A DNA stretch of 64,000 bases from an uncultured Kiritimatiellota bacterium (GTDB lineage: Bacteria; Verrucomicrobiota; Kiritimatiellia; RFP12; DVOR01). Below, piece by piece: positions 59,801 to 64,000 of this stretch (position 1 is its first letter; each line of letters starts with the position of its first letter). A program made the translations under genes and the position numbers. The notes below the pieces were generated by a model. The model was not told the DNA's origin and did no database searches. It worked only from the letters and a program-made list of their open reading frames with translations. Where the stretch lies: the NCBI GenBank assembly GCA_944391085.1, contig CALXSE010000001.1, positions 71,857 to 135,856 of the forward strand, in the 5' to 3' direction.

Positions 59801-62800
59801 GTTGGGGATGCGGCCTTCGTCGTTGATGGGGTCGTTGGCGCCGCCGGTGAAGCGGAGCGTGCCGTAGCGGAAGCCGGTGCGGTTGCCGGGGGAGGATTTC
59901 TCCGGGACCTTGAACCAGTCGCTCTCCAGGAGCTGCGTCTCCCAGGGGCGCGCGTTCATCGTGTCGCCGGATTCCGGCTTGGTCACGCCGTAGGGGACGA
60001 GGCGGAGCGTCGCCGGGGAGGTTGCCGCGTCCTGCCCGCGCACGACGAGGGAGGCGTAGGTGCGGTTGGGGGAGTAGAAATAGCGGCCCGCGTTGGTCAC
60101 GCTGCCATCCGCCGCCTTGGCTTCCACCTGACGCTCGACGTTCACCTGGAGGGTGTGCTCGCCGGCGGCGACGAGGATACGGCACTCCGCGCCCTCGGCG
60201 GGCTGATCGACAAGGCGCTCATCCGTCCACTTGATGCCGTCCCAACGCTGCTCCAACCAGGCGTCCTCCTGAATCCAGGTCTCAACGGCGGGCGTCTCCG
60301 TGGGCGCCACATAGTCGGCCAGGTCGGGCTCCGGCATGGTCCTCAGCGGCACGTAGCGGACGTAGCGGAGGTTCTCGCGGACGTAGGGGGTGCGGTCGGC
60401 GACCTCGACCATCGCGGCCTCGGGCATGGCGCCCTTGTAGAAGCGGAGGAAGTCGATGGAGCCGCCGACCGCCTCCGTCGCCGCGACGGCGAAGTCTTCC
60501 GCCTGCAGGGCCTTGGGGATGGAGCTGGCGCCGAGCTGGACGCCCACCTGGAGGCCGTTGGTGAGGCGCGCGCCCTCGCCGGGGAGGGCCTGCTCGCCGA
60601 GCCAGGCGCCGTCGACGTAGAGGCTCATCGCCTTGCCGTCGCAGATGACGGAGAAGGTGTGCTGGGCGGCGGTGGCGTCGGCCAGGGTGACGGTGAAGGC
60701 GGGGGCGTCGGGCTTGGGAGTGTCCGCACCCACGCCGGGGACGACCCAGAGGCAGATTTCATTGGGGGTGTCGCCGGTGGCGAAGATGAGGGTGTAGACG
60801 TCGCCTTCGTACTGCGGGATGCCGGCGGTGGTGCCGGTGTAGTTGTGGCCCAGGGCGAGGATGCAGGTGTGGGCGGCGTTGGGGGCGCTCAGGCGCAGGG
60901 AGACGGTCCACGCCTCGGGGTATTCTAGCGAGGAGAGCGCCACGAAGGGGCGATAGTGGAGGGGCAGGCTGCCGTGGGCCTGGGCGGGGTGCTTGGAGTC
61001 GACGAAGTCGGCCTTGTGGATGGCCGTGATGGAGGGCGTGGTGGTGGGGGTCTGCTCGAGCACCACGTAGGGCTCGTCGCCGGCGAGGAGGCCGTTGTAG
61101 CGGTTGCGCTGGTCGTCGGTGGTGACGGGGTTGCCGTTGTAGTCGCCGAGGGTGAACCAGCCGGTGTTGCGGGTGTCGCCGTTGAACTCGATGTCGATCC
61201 AGGCGCCCTCGCCGGTGAAGACGGGGTTGTCCCAGGTGAGGGTGTCGTTGACGCCGTCCTCGGTGTGGGTGTGGGAGTAACCGTCCGTGCGGACGGTGTA
61301 GCCGTTCTCGGCGTTGGGGTCGAAGGTGGCGAACTCGAACTTGACGCCGCTCCCCTCGTCGCCCTCGACGTGGGGGAAGTGGGGAAGGGTGAGCTCGCCG
61401 CCGTAGGCGCCGGACTCGATGAGGGTGAGGGTGATGCCCTGGGGGTCGTCGGGCCAGCGGATGATGGCGTCGGCGTATTGGTCCAGGCGCATGATGATAT
61501 GCTGGTGGTTGGCGACGCGGAAGGCCATGCCCAGGGAGGTCAGCTCGTCAAGGTCGGTGAAGTCGAGGGTCTTCTTCGCGGTCTCCGTGCCGGCGGTGAA
61601 GCCGATGGTGCCGGAGAAGGCGGAGGCGCCGGCGTAGGCCGTGCCGTCCACCTCCCAGCCGGTGAGGACGTCGCCCAGGCGCTTGCCGGCGGCGGCCGTC
61701 AGCCAGGTGTCGTCGAGGATGACCTCGCCGAGGGAGCCCGTGAGGGCCTCGATGATCCCCGCGCCGGAGACCGTGCCCGTGTAGTCGCGCAGGGTCTCCA
61801 GCGTCACATCCCCGCCGAGGGCAAGGTCGCCCTGCCCGGAGGCGGCGTCGACGACGAGGGAGCCCGTGAGGGCGCCGCCGCCCACGATGTCCAGCAGGCC
61901 CTCGCCGTCCGACGTGCCGCCGTCCCCGCAGGTGACGTAGACCACGTCCGGGTAGTAGCGGGTGGATTCGATGGTGCCGTCGGCGAGGGTGAGCGTCCGC
62001 CGCAGGGCGGGGGTCATGGCGAGGTCCTCGTTGAGCTGGAGGGTGCCGGCGACGGTGAGGTCGAGCGTGGCGGTGGTGTCCGCCGCGCCCGCGGGGAGGC
62101 CGCCGTTGAGCCGGAGGGTGGCGCCCTTGGCGACGGTGATGGCGGTGTTGGTGCCATCGTCGATGCCGTCGAGGCTCTCCGCCGTGACGGTGCCGCCCTG
62201 GATGTCGAGCGTGGCATCGGTGGCGGTCAAGTTGATGGTATTGACCGCGACGGTGCCGCCCTCGACGGTCAGGGTCGCCTTGCCGATGGGCGCAGATCCC
62301 ATCTCTGGGCCATAATCCTCGAACCCAAACATAAAGCCAAAATCATAGGTATGGCCGGCACGAAGGATGACATGGGTCTCCAACGGCCTATTCACGGGTA
62401 TTCCATAGGCGACACGCGAATCCGAAAGCACAAACCCAGACAAAACAGAAGACCCTTCCTCATTTGCGTTCTCAACGGAGACATTGCGGTCAAGGACGAG
62501 CGTGCCGGACTGCGTACACAACATGGTCTGATACTTCGAGGGAATGCCCAATGGGTTGTCTTCCGGGGAGGCCGCGTCGGAGGCGAGCTCCAGGCGGCTG
62601 GTGGCATCGGCGAAGGAAAGGTTCGGCAGGTTGTTCTCGGAGCCCACCGGCTGGTCAAGCTCCAGGCGGAAGGTGCGGCCCGCGGGGATGGGGACGTCGT
62701 GCGTGGCGAGCCACGCCCCCTCCGGGAGGTTGACGGGGGATTTGAGGGTGACGTCGCAGGCGAGCAGGAGGGCGGAGGGGTTGAACGCCTCGCCTTCGCC

Positions 62801-63667
62801 AAAGGTGAGCGAGACTCCGCCGACGCCGCCCTCGCCGTCGCGCAGGGAGAGCGGGACGGTGAAGGCCTCCTGCCCGAAGGCGAGCGCCGCGCTTTCCGAA
62901 GGGACGGAAGAGCCGACGACAAGCGGGGCGTTTTGGAGCGCGCCGTCCATCTCGAGCGTGCCGCCCGCGCCGGAGAACTCCACGACGAAGACCTGGTCGG
63001 CCTGATCCATGGGTTCGCTGAAGCCCGCAAGCTCCGTGAAGGAATGCGTCGCGCCGTCGGAGATGTTCAGGACGTGGCGGGTGATGGTGGCGGAGCCTTC
63101 GATGCGGAGGTGGGGGGCGCCGTCGAAGGTGTAGAAGTTGCGGGGGGCGGTGCCGACCTCGGTGTCGTCAAAGACGAAACCGCAGGCCTGGCCGGGCGCG
63201 AGGGTGACGCCGACCGCGGACGCGTAGGTGCGCAGGGTGGCGGCGGCAGTGGAGCCGTCGGTGTCCGTCAGGGTCACGCTTTCGGCGTCCCCGGTCGGCG
63301 TGAACGTGACAGGCTCGCCGTCCTTCGGCGTGAGGCGCACGTAGCCCGGCGCGTCCGTGCCGGGGATGGCGACGGCGATCTCGGTCACCGTGACGGTGGA
63401 CGGCACAAAGACGATGGGGCGCTCCGCGCCCTCCAGCACGATGGCTTTGTCGAAGGTCTCCGCCGACAGGGTGAAGGAGAGGTCATTGGCCTCGGAGGTC
63501 GGGCGCACGGCCAGCGTGCCCGCGCGCGCCAGCGTGGAATAGCGGAGGCCGTATTTGGCCGTCGTGGTCTCATTTCCCTCCCCCGTCCTTTGCCCGGCGG
63601 AAGGTTCGGCGAAGACGGGCAGAGCCGCCAACGCCGCCAAAATCCCAAATGCCTTAACCTTAATCAT
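56825..63667 (-). CDS. Giant secreted protein (2280 aa) with beta-helix/autotransporter-associated-repeat-like segments and a LamG-like domain
   Basis: Signal peptide MIKVKAFGILAALAALPVFA. PATR-like stretches (GLWKTGPGTVTFYATTPPSVTGKVTVEEGTLAV; GKATLTVEGGTVAVNTINLTATDATLDIQGGTV). LamG-like block (...HTFSVICDGKAMSLYVDGAWLGE...IDFLRFYKGAM). AAGGAG SD. Confidence 0.85.
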   Translation of the reverse strand: MIKVKAFGILAALAALPVFAEPSAGQRTGEGNETTTAKYGLRYSTLARAGTLAVRPTSEANDLSFTLSAETFDKAIVLEGAERPIVFVPSTVTVTEIAVAIPGTDAPGYVRLTPKDGEPVTFTPTGDAESVTLTDTDGSTAAATLRTYASAVGVTLAPGQACGFVFDDTEVGTAPRNFYTFDGAPHLRIEGSATITRHVLNISDGATHSFTELAGFSEPMDQADQVFVVEFSGAGGTLEMDGALQNAPLVVGSSVPSESAALAFGQEAFTVPLSLRDGEGGVGGVSLTFGEGEAFNPSALLLACDVTLKSPVNLPEGAWLATHDVPIPAGRTFRLELDQPVGSENNLPNLSFADATSRLELASDAASPEDNPLGIPSKYQTMLCTQSGTLVLDRNVSVENANEEGSSVLSGFVLSDSRVAYGIPVNRPLETHVILRAGHTYDFGFMFGFEDYGPEMGSAPIGKATLTVEGGTVAVNTINLTATDATLDIQGGTVTAESLDGIDDGTNTAITVAKGATLRLNGGLPAGAADTTATLDLTVAGTLQLNEDLAMTPALRRTLTLADGTIESTRYYPDVVYVTCGDGGTSDGEGLLDIVGGGALTGSLVVDAASGQGDLALGGDVTLETLRDYTGTVSGAGIIEALTGSLGEVILDDTWLTAAAGKRLGDVLTGWEVDGTAYAGASAFSGTIGFTAGTETAKKTLDFTDLDELTSLGMAFRVANHQHIIMRLDQYADAIIRWPDDPQGITLTLIESGAYGGELTLPHFPHVEGDEGSGVKFEFATFDPNAENGYTVRTDGYSHTHTEDGVNDTLTWDNPVFTGEGAWIDIEFNGDTRNTGWFTLGDYNGNPVTTDDQRNRYNGLLAGDEPYVVLEQTPTTTPSITAIHKADFVDSKHPAQAHGSLPLHYRPFVALSSLEYPEAWTVSLRLSAPNAAHTCILALGHNYTGTTAGIPQYEGDVYTLIFATGDTPNEICLWVVPGVGADTPKPDAPAFTVTLADATAAQHTFSVICDGKAMSLYVDGAWLGEQALPGEGARLTNGLQVGVQLGASSIPKALQAEDFAVAATEAVGGSIDFLRFYKGAMPEAAMVEVADRTPYVRENLRYVRYVPLRTMPEPDLADYVAPTETPAVETWIQEDAWLEQRWDGIKWTDERLVDQPAEGAECRILVAAGEHTLQVNVERQVEAKAADGSVTNAGRYFYSPNRTYASLVVRGQDAATSPATLRLVPYGVTKPESGDTMNARPWETQLLESDWFKVPEKSSPGNRTGFRYGTLRFTGGANDPINDEGRIPNFYGAGYLLSGGATSASGEGTVIEEGEIVQDGGVQYGGGTYYYRYRQEVKVRYATTGAIPMVGIYDAGVCYLSRHANTVLAASADQIQTVEREWRQPLVYENGTYTANGERSIHRTTLLPTSDDTTVGAQLNTLEMVAGLSLTRGVMDEVVRWQLTGPVVVQGTTEAGRDYVLGHAGLPKDQASEDVWVPFFGADSTWKFYDDTRVEGGAENADGAKAGLFARGVQTPGRLYLDFTVGVGTGDTPGTAEDKAKPSTGNFSEQAWYRYGYEANQTTSTLSGMRPERAKPKDFDQAVAFQIRLSEKTGDVTLTLDKVPTARVQTFHVEEEAGAQKALTLKLERAEGVEALKIWKSVVAAARLDVSNNNTGVATATSGEGNALNLRPADGIRTPVQRGNATHGHGAFIVGATEVDWDFGAVSSVPRLEVIPGAELTFTVGQDFRRQDLGGITLVAQGKAASTFPEEGSDAGPTADDLDSAAWIHHRSAEPFLGQDVELGEGAIFGFHADAAASEADTQNEGVVLAGELRLTGNATLRADFESASGGAGAARLPHFVAAGGIRAMAPGLTLIVDAPTHQSADGQGGTGDWHCHTATLTGEEDFGLWKTGPGTVTFYATTPPSVTGKVTVEEGTLAVTAAADTPVGAKGLHVKKDATLADSGRMSGTARRLAIVPAGQTLSGGGTVAGPLGLQPGATYLAKKDEALTVTGGLTVGAAGEGSDATHVNVSLPANYVGDTPYLVANREERDVRRRLLPRKEAARWDAIAWLEGGSTYYAAREPAMPEPAAGDLGGNETVNAWHDGFEAILVNQYQSLGHAYVGATQGRTRAGSAHLSASEINEALYAFSGISAFAPSGGAATGGRTYIDAHNFFVAYEFGVSGMTFATIEGKEYAVVEVKVRNALAESFDEDVAAAAAEGAAAFRTNTKITFKAMKDGQALDLPEDVMVTEVANLAGDEGRSASGDTRYFALPYEALKKFFGEAPILLRPCAENNVELP

Positions 63668-63684
63668 TCTCTGCTCCTTTGCAC

Positions 63685-63696
63685 CACAAATTTGTG
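63685..63696. repeat. Perfect palindrome CACAAATTTGTG in the 5' UTR of the giant gene
   Basis: Read directly. Lies between the predicted TSS (~63729) and the SD. Confidence 0.9.
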
Positions 63697-63735
63697 AAAG
63701 GCCTTTTCCTTTTAATAAAAGAAAAAGAGCTTTCT

Positions 63736-63764
63736 ATATTATCAACCCCTTCCCCGGTTGTCAA
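63736..63764 (-). promoter_or_regulatory. Near-consensus promoter TTGACA-N17-(TGA)TAATAT for the giant gene
   Basis: Minus strand CCGGTTGACAACCGGGGAAGGGGTTGATAATATAGAAAGC. Located next to the most AT-rich stretch I noticed in the window (about 63700-63745). Confidence 0.6.
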
Positions 63765-63776
63765 CCGGGGAAGGGG
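63746..63776. repeat. 31-nt perfect inverted repeat (15-nt arms) centred on the -35 hexamer
   Basis: CCCCTTCCCCGGTTG-T-CAACCGGGGAAGGGG. Confidence 0.95.
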
Positions 63777-63828
63777 ACGTGCGGGGCGGCCGCGCCCATC
63801 TTTAGTCTCGGCAAAGGGGGAAGAGATG

Positions 63829-63837
63829 TGCTACAGT
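63829..63837 (+). promoter_or_regulatory. Extended -10 TGCTACAGT (ferredoxin gene)
   Basis: GATGTGCTACAGTTGTG, 56 nt upstream of ATG 63894. Confidence 0.45.
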
Positions 63838-63893
63838 TGTGACAGTCGAAGCGGGCACAGTGCCCGGCGGAGACGTGAACGAGGAGCAGAACC

Positions 63894-64000
63894 ATGGCTT
63901 ACAAAATCACCGAGAAGTGCGTCAGCTGCGGCACCTGCGCGGGCGAGTGCCCCGTCGGCGCCATCTCCGCGGGCGACCCCACCTACGTCATCGACGCCGA
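63894..64000 (+). CDS. 4Fe-4S ferredoxin, 3' end beyond the window
   Basis: Not in the track (runs off the edge). MAYKITEKCVSCGTCAGECPVGAISAGDPTYVIDA has a CxxCxxCxxxCP cluster motif. GAGGAG SD 7 nt upstream. Confidence 0.75.
   Translation, partial: MAYKITEKCVSCGTCAGECPVGAISAGDPTYVIDA

Noticed and set aside
56687-63697. 1413-aa and 913-aa plus-strand ORFs antisense to the 2280-aa gene
   Set aside because: Gly/Ala/Val/Arg-rich with no motifs. The minus-strand frame has a signal peptide, an SD, a terminator and repeat/LamG features.
1-64000. CRISPR arrays, tandem repeat arrays, transposases, prophage or toxin-antitoxin/defence cassettes
   Set aside because: None were recognised on either strand. 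Apart from short palindromes and terminator hairpins, I saw no spaced direct repeats.

Overview
High-GC bacterial chromosomal segment (about two-thirds G+C by eye, not computed), gene-dense on both strands. I call 53 protein genes, two long-variable-arm tRNAs (Leu-TAG, Tyr-GTA) and one candidate sRNA. The content is mostly core functions. These include an LPS/KDO block (galE, kdsA, lptC-like, lptA, lptB, lpxB) and a regulatory PTS set (hpf, hprK, ptsH, ptsI). There are also serS, def, nadC, coaX, pta, dprA, tsaD, smc and ppx-ppk. Several lineage markers point to a PVC-superphylum organism (Verrucomicrobiota/Kiritimatiellota/Lentisphaerota-like); this is inference only. The markers are a PEP-CTERM tail, prepilin-type N-termini, a 2280-aa beta-helix/LamG giant protein, a secreted prenyltransferase/squalene-oxidase-repeat protein, and proteins resembling the DUF3472 and DUF3857-transglutaminase families. 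I saw no CRISPR array, transposase, integrase, phage gene or recognisable defence gene. Many long ORFs in the track are out-of-frame or antisense GC shadows of the real genes. Several real genes start well inside the listed ORF, and starts were re-derived from the sequence. Operons are tightly packed, with many ATGA/GTGA start-stop overlaps. Items worth a second look: (1) a dhaK/dhaL + LsrF-like aldolase + lyxose-isomerase-like cupin + mini-VOC cassette that matches no pathway I know. (2) Two G9/C9 tracts, each inside the spacer of a predicted promoter for a surface-protein gene (possible phase variation). (3) A shared Cys-containing C-terminal tail on two large secreted proteins 55 kb apart. 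(4) A promoter-to-terminator sRNA candidate with a CCCC-repeat loop upstream of smc. (5) A rod-like structured leader with an anti-SD upstream of an acyltransferase gene. (6) A recurrent TGnTAnnnT extended -10, often only 7-9 nt from the ATG (leaderless mRNAs). (7) A Pho-box-like direct repeat upstream of ppx-ppk. All family assignments are from motif recognition by eye; no searches were run.
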